Assembly: GCA_026023565.1 (NCBI GenBank)
Contig: JAPETS010000069.1
Span: 62,001 to 90,586, forward strand
Direction of reading: 5' to 3'
DNA length: 28,586 bases
Source: Cirrosporium novae-zelandiae
Lineage: Eukaryota
Numbering within the stretch: the stretch's first letter is position 1; every line of letters starts with the position of its first letter. The notes beneath the pieces were generated by a model that did no database searches, was not told the DNA's origin, and worked only from the letters and a program-made list of their open reading frames with translations. Positions 1 through 11,064 of this stretch are shown piece by piece. The position numbers and the translations under genes are program-made.

Positions 1-2106
1 TGGTGGACGGCGAGATCGTAGCGGTTGGAGAAGATGAAGAGGTAAGGGGATGTGAAGGAAGGTTCGTTGCCCGGGTTGAAGATTGTGTAGTTGAAGGTGG
101 AGGAGCCGGAGGGGTTTAGGTTTGGGACGAAGAGGGTGAGGAGTTTGGACGTGAAGGTTGCGGGGCCGCCCGAGAGTGCTATTAGCGTTGATATGTCGTG
201 GTGTGGGGAGAAGGAGTATTCCCACGGCAGTGCTTCGTAGTAGGCTGAGGACCAGTAGCAATCTCCGCAGGAGAGTGGGTCTTGGGATATGTCAAAGGTG
301 CCGTTGGCGTAGCGCGGGACGAGGAAGCCTGAGAAGTTTAGAGATGTGGTCATGGGGTTCCAGTGGTTGCGCCAGTTGCGGGAGCGGTTTAGGTATTTGG
401 TTGCGTCGGTGGATTTGTTGAGGCCGGAGGCTACTTGGAAGAGCGCGAAGTCGTTCAGGGCGTATTCGGCAGCGCGGGAAACGGAACGAGAATAGCTTGG
501 GGTGATGTAACCGTATTTTAGCCAGTCTGGAAGTGCGCCGCGGCCCTCTTTGGTGCTGGAGTCTGGAGCCATGGGGTCGGGGGGGTTAGTGTTTTTGGGT
601 GTCACTTCGGCGTCTTTGACCATGGCTGCGTAGCCGTCTTCCCAATTCACAGCACCGCGAACGCCCTTGATGTAAGCGTCCGCGAGGACATTGTCGCCGT
701 TCGATCCGCCTTGGGTGCGGCCGTTGTAGAGGGAGGATCGGGCATCTGGGAGATAGCCTTCGTGGCGCCAGATGTCGATGAGGGAACGTATTTGCTCTTC
801 GTAAGCAGTGGGTTGGAGGATCTGCCATAAGGGAGTGGTGCAACGGAAGAGGTCCCAGAACGTGAAGATGTCGTCGTAGTAAGGTTCAGAGGACGACCAG
901 AGGGGGTTTTCGCCTGTTTTGTTGGTGGGAATGATAAACATGCCGTAGAGACTCGTGTACAGAAGCTGGAGATTTGTCACGTTTGTTTCGGTTGTTGTGA
1001 CTTTACTTAGGACGTTCTCGTTCCATATTTGCTTTGTTTCGCTGACGAGAGTACTTAATGACGAATTTGCGATTTCGGTATCGATGTAGTGGCAGGCCTT
1101 AGCAGAAGACATAAATGAAACCCCGACGCGCGAGGTTAGTGATTGTGTAGAGAACGAATAAACGGCTCCAACTTTTATGCTTTGCGAAGAGGAGAAGCTT
1201 GAATTGGTAGCGCCGTATGAAGACAATGCCTCACCAGTCCCCGAAAATACTTTTATACTAGAGGCTGGTTTGTCAAATCTTCCGCAGAAATAGATTGTCC
1301 AATCAGGAGCTACACGTAATTCAAGTCAGTTGGGTTTACTTTCAAATATATCGAAAGAAGGATTTACCTCTGTTCCATCCATTGTTATAAGTTCCACTGC
1401 CCTCATAGTGGTCATCAGAAGCGATTGTTATGTTTCCTCCTACAAGCAAAGAATGTCTAGCGTTAGCTTTTAAGCATCTATGAGAATCAGTTGGGATCAT
1501 ACCGGTATAATTCTGACCCAGACCTTGTCCTCTGAAACTTGGTAGAACATGACTAATATCAACTAATACATTGGAGGTAGTTCCACTTGGAAAGGAATAT
1601 TCAAACAAGGCAGAATGATCGCTAGCGGCAAGCTCTATCCCTACTCCCGAACTGAGCCGTAACTTATAGTAGCCAACTTTTGCTTCATCGGCTTCAGCAC
1701 GAGGTATTCCAGAAATGGTCAAGGGATTGCTAATATTTCCAATAAGGGGCAACTGGGAGACTACCCCATACTTTGGAGCACCTCCAGTTCCAGATTCATG
1801 CGTGAGAGAGACTCCCGTCACATTTCCAGTAGGGAGATAACCGGAATAAGCATCTGAACCGGTATAAAGATCAGGGCCAAGCTTTACAACACCATAAGGT
1901 CTAGTTACTCCAGGGAACATGTTCCCAGAGCCTTTTGTGCCAACACTGTAGTACCCATATCAGCTTCAAGAAAAATACGGTCGTTCAAAGGACTAGTCTG
2001 ACAATGGAAGGACATATTGTGTATAGTCTGTGGCCTGTAAAGTTGGTCGTACAAGAAATACCAACAAAAGCAAAAAGAAAGTTGAAGTCGGGTTAGAAAT
2101 AGCCAT
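1..2106 (-). CDS. Secreted glycoside hydrolase family 92 alpha-1,2-mannosidase (3' end runs off the window)
   Basis: ATG 2106, signal-peptide-like MAISNPTSTFFLLLLVFLVRPTLQA. Exons 2106-2003, 1945-1503, 1439-1368, 1309-<1 (introns 57, 63, 58 nt). Spliced product has GH92 motifs VGTKGSGNMFPG, THESGTGGAPKYG, GWNRAPDWTIYFC, YYDDIFTFWDLFRC, GRTQGGSNGD, YYEALPWEYSF, NPGNEPSF. Confidence 0.93.
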
Positions 2107-3086
2107 GCTACCAAACAGAAAAGGATTGATCTCGGGAAGTAAAGATCTGTACATCAACTCTTGATATATATATACCAATAATTGCAAACCTAGCAATAGG
2201 GAAAAGACGACGGTAAAGCGGGATTTCAAAAATGAGACGTATTGAGGGTGTGATATGAATAAACTAATATTAACAAAAAAGAGAGGGATTTCGGGCTCGT
2301 GTCATTTTTACTCTTGCAAGGTCATCCACCGGCCAGGGGTGAATTACCCATGGCTTCAAAAACGGCAGGAAGAGAAAAAGCAAAGTGTAGATATGACCAG
2401 TAGGATCCCCCAGTTAGCTCCCAAGGCACGTGTATGCAAGAGCAGCTCTGTTTCGCTTCCAGGCTGTAGTAGTATCCAAACCTGGAGACCACGAGAGCAA
2501 TCCCCCCCCCCCCCCACCATTTGTTTATTGAAAAGTGTGTTCAAATGCCCACACTAATTAGATATACTTAAGTAGATGGAAGTCCAAAGCTCCCTGCCCG
2601 TGCCATTTTGAGTTGTTATCGTCGTTTATTGTGAGGGTTAGACTGATCACCATAACTGTATTGGTTAGTCAGGGGACACGACGATGATGATGATGATGAT
2701 GATAAATGTAAATCAACGTGCCCCTATTCTTGAGAAGATGGCTGGTATTTTCCAAGTAACTATAGTCTATATGCTGATACAAGTTATAGAGGAGGTTGAA
2801 AGATGCCTTACTCTTACTACAAATTCCATCGATCCTTTGACCCTTCGCTTAAGACTTGGCATCCACGAATGACAGACATATGACGATAATGTTAGAAAAC
2901 ACCATGACCCACCCAAATATAAAATAAATCCAGTTCAAAGAGTCATGTCTCCTTCCCGTATAATCATGCGAAAATTAGTATTGCTAACACCAGGAATAAT
3001 TTCATTTCTATCAAGTTTGCAAGACCTATATGGTCCATTTTCAGGCATTCAATCCCTCCACGCACATCTCATGACAAACTAATCAA

Positions 3087-3920
3087 TCACACGCAACGTC
3101 CACCATCAACCTCGAGCTCCACTCCTGTAACAAAAGCAGCCTCGTTGCTAGCAAGATAGCAAGCCGCATTCCCAACATCTTCGGGTGTACTAAACCTGCC
3201 CATAGGAATAGTTGACATAAACGCCTTTCTATTCCCTAGCGTATCTGGCTTCCCAAGAAACAAGTGTGTCATTCCCGTTCCACCCACGACCGGAGAGATA
3301 CAATTGAATCTGATCTGCTGAGGCGCGTACTCGACGGCCATGGACTTGGAAGCAGTTACTATGGCGGCTTTGGAGGCCGAGTACCAAGTAAGACCTGGGC
3401 GTGGTCGCTTGGTTGCTGAGGTCGAGGAGATCTGAATGAATACTCCACCGCGGTTTTGAGACATGAGGTGGGGGAGGATAACGCTAGTGGAGAGGAAGAG
3501 CGATTTCGTGTTGACATTCATACAAAGGTCGTAATCCTCATCGGTGACTTCGATTGTTGGCTATATGGGTTGTTAGCCTTGATGATTATATCTGTGACTT
3601 CATTTGACAGCAAAAGAGGGAGGGGCATATCATAATACCTTATTCTGATAGCAAGCCCCAGCGTTATTAACAATAATATCAATTCCTCCATATGCATCCA
3701 CCGTCGTCTTCAGAATATGCTCCCAGTCCGCCCGCATCGACACATTCGCCTTGACAAACTTACAATCCAGCTCCTTTCGTACCTTTTCCCCATTTTCGGA
3801 ATTTAAATCCGCAAGCATGACCTTTGCACCCTCGTTTACAAACTTCCTTGCAATCCCATGGCCGAACCCGCTGGCGCCACCCGTCACGATTGCAATCTTT
3901 CCCAATAGTCGGCCTGCCAT
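3087..3920 (-). CDS. Classical short-chain dehydrogenase/reductase (3-oxoacyl-ACP reductase/TsaC-like), 251 aa
   Basis: Exons 3920-3639 and 3560-3087; 78-nt intron GTATTA..GCTAAC..TAG. Motifs TGGASGFG, NNAG, RPRPGLTW-YSASK (YxxxK), C-terminal VDGGRCV. Confidence 0.93.
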
Positions 3921-4020
3921 GGATGCTAGTTAAAGGGAACGAGAAATAGAGGATTGATTGATTGATTAGAATAATTAAATTACTTAGTATTAGGAAACTG
4001 CACTTTTTGTCATAGCTGTT

Positions 4021-4048
4021 GCGGGGTTGCGGGGAAGGAAATGCGGAG
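4021..4048 (+). promoter_or_regulatory. Three clustered CreA/Cre1-type SYGGRG sites in the bidirectional promoter
   Basis: GCGGGG 4021-4026, GCGGGG 4029-4034 and GCGGAG 4043-4048 in an otherwise AT-rich 607-bp intergenic region; TATAAA near 4437 upstream of the dehydrogenase. Confidence 0.5.
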
Positions 4049-4527
4049 AAGGGCTGGATATTAATAGCTGGAAGAACATTGGTACTTTGAAATTGTTTTC
4101 GAATCAATTTTTGTGAGAAGCAGCAATTAGATAAAAAGTATCTGGGTGATTCCTCGTAGCTACACAAGAGGTGATACTATACTTACGTAGAGTTGTCCAC
4201 TGTACCTCAAACAAACAAGCACCACAAAGCCAGGAGTGATGCTCTTCTAATTTATTACATGACTTAAGAAGGATTATTATATAACATATTTGTCGTTCTC
4301 TGGTAGAAATATAGAATACTAATTACTCGAATTCATTAAGCAGAAAAAGAGGAGGAGAAGAAGAAGAAATTGACATGGGACCTTTTTTTAGTGATTGCGT
4401 AATGAAGGGCACAACAATCACGTCAACCACAACTCATATAAAGCCTCACTTTTACTCACCTTCCCATGAAACCAATTGAAGTCTATATGAAAGCAAAACA
4501 TTCTTCTAATAATAAAAATAATTAACA

Positions 4528-5740
4528 ATGTCTTCAAGCACCCTTGGCAGCCCTGTCCCAATCTACAAGATCGCATCCATTCCTGCCGATGGCATTGGCC
4601 CCGAAGTCATTTCAGCCGGAATCCAGGTCTTGCAGAAACTTGCCGCAACGTTAGGGACTTTTGAGTTTCAGTTCGATCATTTCGATTGGAGCAGTTCTTA
4701 CTATAAAAAGCATGGGAGATATATCCCCGAAGGAGGTTTGGAGCAATTAAAGAAATATAATGCTATTTTCTTCGGTGCAGTCGGGGCCCCTGGTGAGCTC
4801 ACAGCTCTCCCCAAGATCCTCAAGGAATATATATATAAAGAATATCCAAATGACCATATAAACCACGCTTCCATCAGATATCCCCGATCACATCTCCCTC
4901 TGGGGTCTCCGTCTCGCAATCTGCCAACCCTTCCAACAGTACGCGAATGTCCGCCCAACCAAAATCCTCCGAGGTACCTCATCCCCTCTCCGGGACTGCC
5001 ACACCGGTGACCTCGATTGGGTAATTGTGCGTGAGAATTCTGAAGGCGAATATGCAGGCCAAGGAGGCCGCTCTCATACAAACCAACCCTACGAAGTTGC
5101 CACAGAACTCGCCATTTTCACCCGCCATGGAATCGACAGATTGATGCGGTTTGCCTTCGAAATAGCGCGCAGCAGGCCAAGGAAGAAACTTACGGTAGTC
5201 ACCAAGAGCAATGCGCAGCGAAACGGGATGGTCTTATGGGACGAGGTTGCTCTAGCCGTAAGCAAGGACTTTCCTGACGTCGAAATGGACAAAATGCTTG
5301 TAGATGCCATGACTACACGAATGGTACTACATCCTTCCGCTATCGACACCATCGTGGCGACGAATCTCCATGCCGACATCCTCTCTGACCTCGCTGCCGC
5401 CCTTGCAGGCAGTATTGGCATAGCACCGACTAGCAACCTGGATCCCACACGCCAACACCCCAGCATGTTTGAGCCAATTCATGGCAGTGCGTTTGATATC
5501 ACAGGAAAGGGGATTGCAAACCCTGTAGCAACATTTTGGACAGGCGCGGAGATGATTCGGTGGTTAGGACAAGGGAACGCAGCAGACTTGCTATTAACGT
5601 GTGTAGAAAATGTATGCGAGGCCGGAATCACTACTGCGGATCTAGGGGGCACGGCGACAACGGAGGAAGTTACCGAAGCTGTCTGCAAAGAAATTGAGAA
5701 GGTTTCTAGTGAAATAAAGGAGAAAGAGAAAGGAAAGTAA
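4528..5740 (+). CDS. Tartrate dehydrogenase/decarboxylase / D-malate dehydrogenase (isocitrate-isopropylmalate dehydrogenase family), 375 aa
   Basis: Exons 4528-4792 and 4878-5740 (85-nt intron GTGAGC..CAG). Motifs IPADGIGPEV, GAVGAPDIPDHISLWGL, YANVRP, RENSEGEY, VTKSNAQ, LVDAM, NLHADILSDL, FEPIHGSAFDI. KSNA..VLWD and PDHISLWG fit the TtuC/DmlA subfamily better than LeuB. Confidence 0.9.
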
Positions 5741-6606
5741 GCATTTCCACTTTTCTAAGCCCCGTCAAAATCTATATTCGTTGAATTCGACTCTAACCAT
5801 AATATATTTGTCTTGACCTCTAGAATCCACGACACTCAAGGCACCACCCTTCCATCCAGACTATGACATCCTATTTAAATTCTCAATATTCATACACTAG
5901 GCTTTAACGGTCTTTGAATGATAGGTTAATATTGATTTGGGTTAGAAATCTATAGAACAAGAATATCTAGCAGCCACCGGCTAGTGATCCTAAGGGTGCA
6001 AATATGAAAGCCCATTTCAATGGACATACCTCAATTACTGTTCTGGACAGTACTGGTCATTAGTATAGCCCTCCCACACACCTAACTACTGAAACATGAT
6101 ATATCAAAAACAAAAGAAAGTCTATCAATTCACCTTGGGGAGACCAAAGAGCTTCCATAACAAAGGGAGTTTTCGTCAGAAGAGAGAAGAGGGAAGGAAT
6201 AGAATGAGATTTCTCCTCGAAATGGGCGCCCAATCCAGTGATTCCTAAATCATATTCTTCTTGCCAACATTCTATCACTCCATATCCTATTCGCCCTTCT
6301 CATGATCCATTGCAGCCACATCATTTATGCTCAATCCACCTATGACCGTAAGTCCACTTCGCCTTCAAACGCATTCGTTTATTTATCGGTCCTATACTGT
6401 GATCCCTAAATTTCTATCCGAACCGAGCAACGATTAATAATCATCTCAATTGCATCCACATTAGATGCTAGTACAGGCCTTGACTACCTCACGTATCCTA
6501 TACAAGTTCATGGTCTAGAGAAATGCCCCTGTTTTAATTGTGGTCGGTGAGGTATTCCGAGGTTGCTGTCTCTGCAATCTTTCCATCAACAACGTTAGTA
6601 AACTAA

Positions 6607-7165
6607 CCACCAAGGGGCCACATGAGGAATTAATTATCTTGAGAGGAAATTGTTGCCAAGGACGGACCCGCTCCAGACAGGTCTTGGCGTTCCGAGTCAA
6701 CTTCGATATAGAAGTGCCAAGCATTCCGCTAAGGTCTCTTTGAGTACCGCCAAGCAGATTGAAGCTTCAAAAAGGCAATAGCTCAACTATCTTCAGATGT
6801 AAGTAACATCGTGTAGTTGGGTCTAAGCTGGCATGGCTTCTTTTCTCCCTCAATATGTCCCATCCAAACAAATTCCGATGCCGAATCATGCGATGCCATG
6901 CAGGCTATCTTGAGCTTTATATTGCTTAGACAACTATAAGGTTCTTTAAGATTTAGCCCAAACCTGAAACAGGGCTTGAGCGACAATACGTCCTATATTC
7001 GATTTATATTGTTTGTTGTTCAGCAGCTTCTCGTATTCAGTGTTGTTCAAAACGCCAAGGTGGTAAAAATTAATATTCTCTGATGGTCTGATTGATGGCG
7101 ATGGTAGCGGCTGGGGAATGCTGAGAGACTGCTAGGAAAGAAGTAGAGGGCAAGAAATATATAAA
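6607..7165 (+). promoter_or_regulatory. Pectate lyase promoter: five PacC-type GCCAAG sites, two CCNCCAA cores, one CreA-type site, TATA box
   Basis: GCCAAG at 6655, 6683 (reverse), 6716, 6749, 7054; CCACCAA 6607, CCGCCAA 6747; CTGGGG 7111; TATATAAA 7158-7165. Confidence 0.55.
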
Positions 7166-7343
7166 GACATTCTTTTCATGTTCAAGATTCTTTTCATCAC
7201 CCAAGTCGCTTCAATCGTCTTTTCTTTTCATCCAAGGTAGCTCTACCAGTCTCAGTTCCCTCCAGAAGGTGCTCTTTGCTCTCCCTGTATCAAGCCAACC
7301 AACGATCGAACATCCCGTTCAATCACAGTTTCACAAATCCAAC

Positions 7344-8309
7344 ATGCATACCGCATCTTACATCTTCCTCGCCGGCTTAGCTGCCTTGGCCACCGCGGAA
7401 CACGGATCCACGCACAACCACCAGCTCCAGGAACGATCTAGCTTCCCCATCCCCTCCGCCGTTGGCACCATCACGCTGTCAGAGCCCAAGGTCGTCACAG
7501 GGGAATTCGACTGCAAATTGTACCGTTATGACCGCGGCACCACATGCGGCGGGCAATCAGAGGGCGGTGCAAGCGACGCCGTGTTCCAAGTCAAGGAAGG
7601 TGGTACACTGAAGAACTGCATTATTGGTGCCAAACAGTCGGAGGGTGTCCATTGCTTGGGTTCCTGCACCATCAAGAATGTTTGGTGGGAAAATGTTTGC
7701 GAAGGTAAATAAATTCCTTGAAACTTTTTTATTTATGTTTTTCGAAAGCGATCAAACCCCTAACAACTGCTGCTTTATTTAACCAGATGCCCTCACCATC
7801 AAGCAAACAAAGGGAACATCCTACATCATCGGCGGTGGAGCCAAAAGTGCCTCCGACAAAGTGATCCAACACAACGGTGGCGGCACGGTCTCTATCTCCG
7901 ACTTCTACGTCACCGACTTCGGCAAGCTATACCGATCTTGCGGTAACTGCAAAAAGCAGTATGAACGACACGTTATTATCAAGGGTGTCAAGGCCTCGAG
8001 CGGAAAAACCCTTGTTGGTATCAATCCAAACTATGGTATGTTTTTTTTCTTTTTCTTTTCTTTTCGCAAAACATCCGGGAAAAAAAAGGCACCAACACCA
8101 GATGATGACGAAAAAAAAAGAAGAATTTAACTAATGAGAACTTAATTATAGGTGATACCGCAACCATCGACTCAGCCACTTGCGCTAGTAGCGTCAAGAC
8201 CATCTGCGCTGAATACAAGGGCACCAGCAACAACAGCGAGGAGCCTAAGAAGACATCCACTGGCGTTAGCAAGTATTGCAAGTATTCCTCGCCTTTGAAA
8301 TCGTGTTAG
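7344..8309 (+). CDS. Secreted pectate lyase, polysaccharide lyase family 3, 255 aa
   Basis: Exons 7344-7704, 7787-8035, 8152-8309 (768 nt). Signal peptide [20 protein letters not shown]3 motifs [54 protein letters not shown]. Confidence 0.95.
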
Positions 8310-8739
8310 GGCTCTTAACGCAATGTGATTTGCATGTTGATGGTTGATTTCGAGCCGAGGTGGGGAGGGGGAGGGAAGGAAGGAAGGACTTTAGCTAGTA
8401 CAAGCGTTTCCAAATCTAGGGAATTTTGCTACTACTTATATTAAGCTTTTTTTTTCTCTTCTTCGTAAATAGCTTTTGTGTCGTCGTAATTTGCTTTTGT
8501 TTTTTATTTATTTTTTCTTGTATACATGGTTCGTAGATGAGAAATGAAAAAGACAAAACATGTCATTAAACGATATGATGGGTCATAAACTAAATAAAAC
8601 TAGCCAAAATGTCATTTGTCCAACCAATTTGAAACCAAATATTGACTGAAATAGGGGGGATGGAGGGGGGGGGCTTGGGATTATAAATTCAAGGCATCTA
8701 CTATTACTACCCCCCGCTCCCTTCCCCATTACAACTAGG

Positions 8740-9664
8740 ATGAATTTTCCCATGGCGTTGAGTTACCATTCCATTATTGAGTTCGTGAAGGCCTCCCCTG
8801 AATCTTCTCTTGATTGGACTCTTTCCTAGAGTGAATAATGATTCTTTAATACATGCAATGGAATGATGCTTCATCTAAAGGTTCTTCGAGTGGTTGCTGT
8901 TAGACGGACTGCTTGTCACGTTTATTCCCCTCTGAATATCGCGCCCAATCCAGACTAGGGAGTTGTAACATATAACTTAGAAGTGTATGTTCTATATATC
9001 TTTCATGTTTGAAGGTAGGCAAGCAGCTAACGGCGTTAGGGAGCGTAGAAAGCTACGCAATGACAAGTCCTTCTTGAGGACAAAAAGAGGAGGAGTGACC
9101 GTGAAAAATGATGGAGGCCTCTCTATCTTACTCGTTAAGAGAGTAAGTACACAGGTTCGAAACAGATATGGAATGGGTTCTCCGCTGTTATATTTAGAGG
9201 TGAGCATTTCATCCAACAGAAAAGAGCAACGAATTCACACTCAACTAGGCCAACCGAAGACATGCCGGTAATATCCATCGTCCCGGGGGGAGGGGGGGAA
9301 GAAAGATATTCTTCAAGTATTCTAGCTAAGGAAGTAGCTGGACTCTTAGGGCAGGCGATGGAAGCATGCCACCTAACTAGGCGGATGGAGTGATAGTGAT
9401 CAGGAGGCGTTCGTCCTCACCATACATGGAACTCATCTCGGGTTAACAGCTACGCGTTTTACCGGAAAATATTTTTCGCATGTGAACAGTGCGGATATAC
9501 CAGAAACTGAGAGATTATGGGTAAGGCGTTCTAACCCGTATGACTTGAAGTTGCAGTCAGGGAGGGCCGGCGCTTTGCAGTTGTGCATTGGTATCTACGA
9601 GTACCTTCGAAGTGGCGATTCAGAGATAGGCTTATTACAGAATGCTTTAAAACGATATCTCTAA
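8740..9664 (+). pseudogene. Degenerate gene for an uncharacterised fungal protein with PD-(D/E)xK nuclease-like motifs (copy A)
   Basis: TATAAA 8682; ATG 8740 (MNFPMALSYHSIIEFVKASPES, stop after 29 codons); fragments W..HLKVLRVV and SRLFPSEY; introns 8985-9039 and 9200-9248; VKNDGGL...PLLYLE|ANRR...ILAKEVAGLLGQA...DQEAFVLTIHGTHL...RSNPYDLK...IGIYEYLRSG. Frameshifts at the G-tract 9285-9298 and near 9376. The fold assignment is pattern-based inference. Confidence 0.7.
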
Positions 9665-9668
9665 TCGA

Positions 9669-10692
9669 TTATTTAACACTTTCAACGCTAAGAAATTTAC
9701 AAAGTCCAATGAGAACTTTTAGAGCCTCCCTTCGGCGATCACATTCCTGGAGATCATAGGATTCTGAGCAGGAGAGCCGGAGGTTTTCGCTCAAGGGTCT
9801 GCCTTCGCAGAGTTCTTCTATGTAGATACGAGGTATGACTGCCACGTTGAACTGTAAGATGGTTCCACTCATGCGCAGCACGAACGCGGTATAACTCTTC
9901 AGAGTCGGATCCTGGTCGTACGCTAGGAATCCCTGCAATAGGATCTGTGAAACTTCGTCCCCTATGATATGATCCTCGTAATATTCGGATCATCTTGGTC
10001 TTTCACGGCCTATTATACTGTATCAGCCTTTGTATGAGGTTAGAGAGAATGTGAACAAACGGAAAATGTAGCAAATGGAAGAAACATCCCCCCATGCGTA
10101 GCATTAGAGCTAGAAATTGCCCCCCCCACATCTTAAGGCACCGTAGGAGCGTATTGTGAATGGAATATTTAAAATCCAAGTTCTGCGCATGTTCTCTATA
10201 AGCTCCCATACCCAGGAAAGAAGTAGACGATCACAAACTAACAATTTTCTTGCTGCTTCAACGCTGCTAAGAAGGACTTCGAAGAGATAGGATATGATAT
10301 ATTTGGAAGAATCGGAATGGCTATTGGTCCTGGCCGCTTCATTGAGTCGGAGGAAAACATGATGGAAGATATTTCGGTAATAAATAGAGCGCTTGATTTA
10401 AAAATCCTCCAAATCGTCTTTTGTTGGTTTGGTAAACTTGGTAGCAAGTTCTTCAAATTCTGCTTGTGAGTCAGTGTGCATTGCATGAAGCGAAATAGAG
10501 GAACTGAAGGAACACACCTTCATCCTCGTCGCTGGGCAAATACCGGGCTTCGATAATGGCCTCGGCGGGGAGATTGTCTTGCTGAATTACTTTCAGTGTA
10601 CGAAAATGTTCCGAGGTCCATTTCTTTGGCGGTTGAAGGAGAAATGAAGGAATCGGTTGTCGAGAGTCTGATGGGAGTGATAAAGGATTCAT
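9669..10692 (-). pseudogene. Degenerate distant paralog of the adjacent gene (copy B), lacking the putative catalytic residues
   Basis: ATG 10692 (MNPLSLPSD..PKKWTSEHFRTLKVIQ..YLPSDEDE); intron 10517-10460; in-frame TAA 10400-10398; donor at 10211 with an unclear acceptor; probable frameshift at G8 (10127-10120); intron 10060-~10010; another lesion near 9990; intact C-terminus IIGDEVSQILLQG..AFVLRMSGTIL..SESYDL..RREALKVLIGL. Confidence 0.7.
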
Positions 10693-11064
10693 GCTAGAAG
10701 GATGTGAATATTAGATTGGAATGGATGATAAACTCTATCATTAATACTGATATTTATTAGAGGGAAGTAATAAAAAAAGATAAACGGGTACACTTACCCT
10801 GGGCTAGTCATGGCCCTAGATTTGAGCCTCATAGAACCTAGTCGTAGTCAAAGAAAAAGGAAGAGGAAAAAGGCAACTGGAGTTGATACTTATTTTGTTC
10901 TATTTACTATTATTATTAAAATAAATAGAATAATAATATAGTGAGAGGTCTTGGATTATATAACCCTGCCCAGCTCACCTCTCTAGTGCATAAAATGCAT
11001 AACTCCCTACCTCCGCTTTTTTTTCACCTTTCCCGTTCCCATCTACACTCGAATCCTCCCACCA

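Noticed and set aside
3060..5760. Cryptic peroxisomal targeting by stop-codon readthrough in the two dehydrogenases
   Set aside because: Stops are TGA-TTG and TAA-GCA, not the TGA-CTA readthrough context, and no SKL-like ending follows.
5741..7100. Short ORFs (6060-6278, 6515-6724, 6540-6743, 6783-6986) and a stray GTAAGT at 6348 suggesting a hidden small gene
   Set aside because: No recognisable motifs or coherent spliced model; the region is explained as terminator plus pectate lyase promoter.
9980..10400. Premature stops in copy B as A-to-I editing-corrected codons
   Set aside because: The clear stop is TAA rather than the usual edited TAG, and it co-occurs with frameshifts and a damaged intron; ordinary decay is simpler.
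8640..10950. Transposon boundaries around the pseudogene pair
   Set aside because: No terminal inverted repeats, LTRs, target-site duplication or transposase/RT motifs found by eye.
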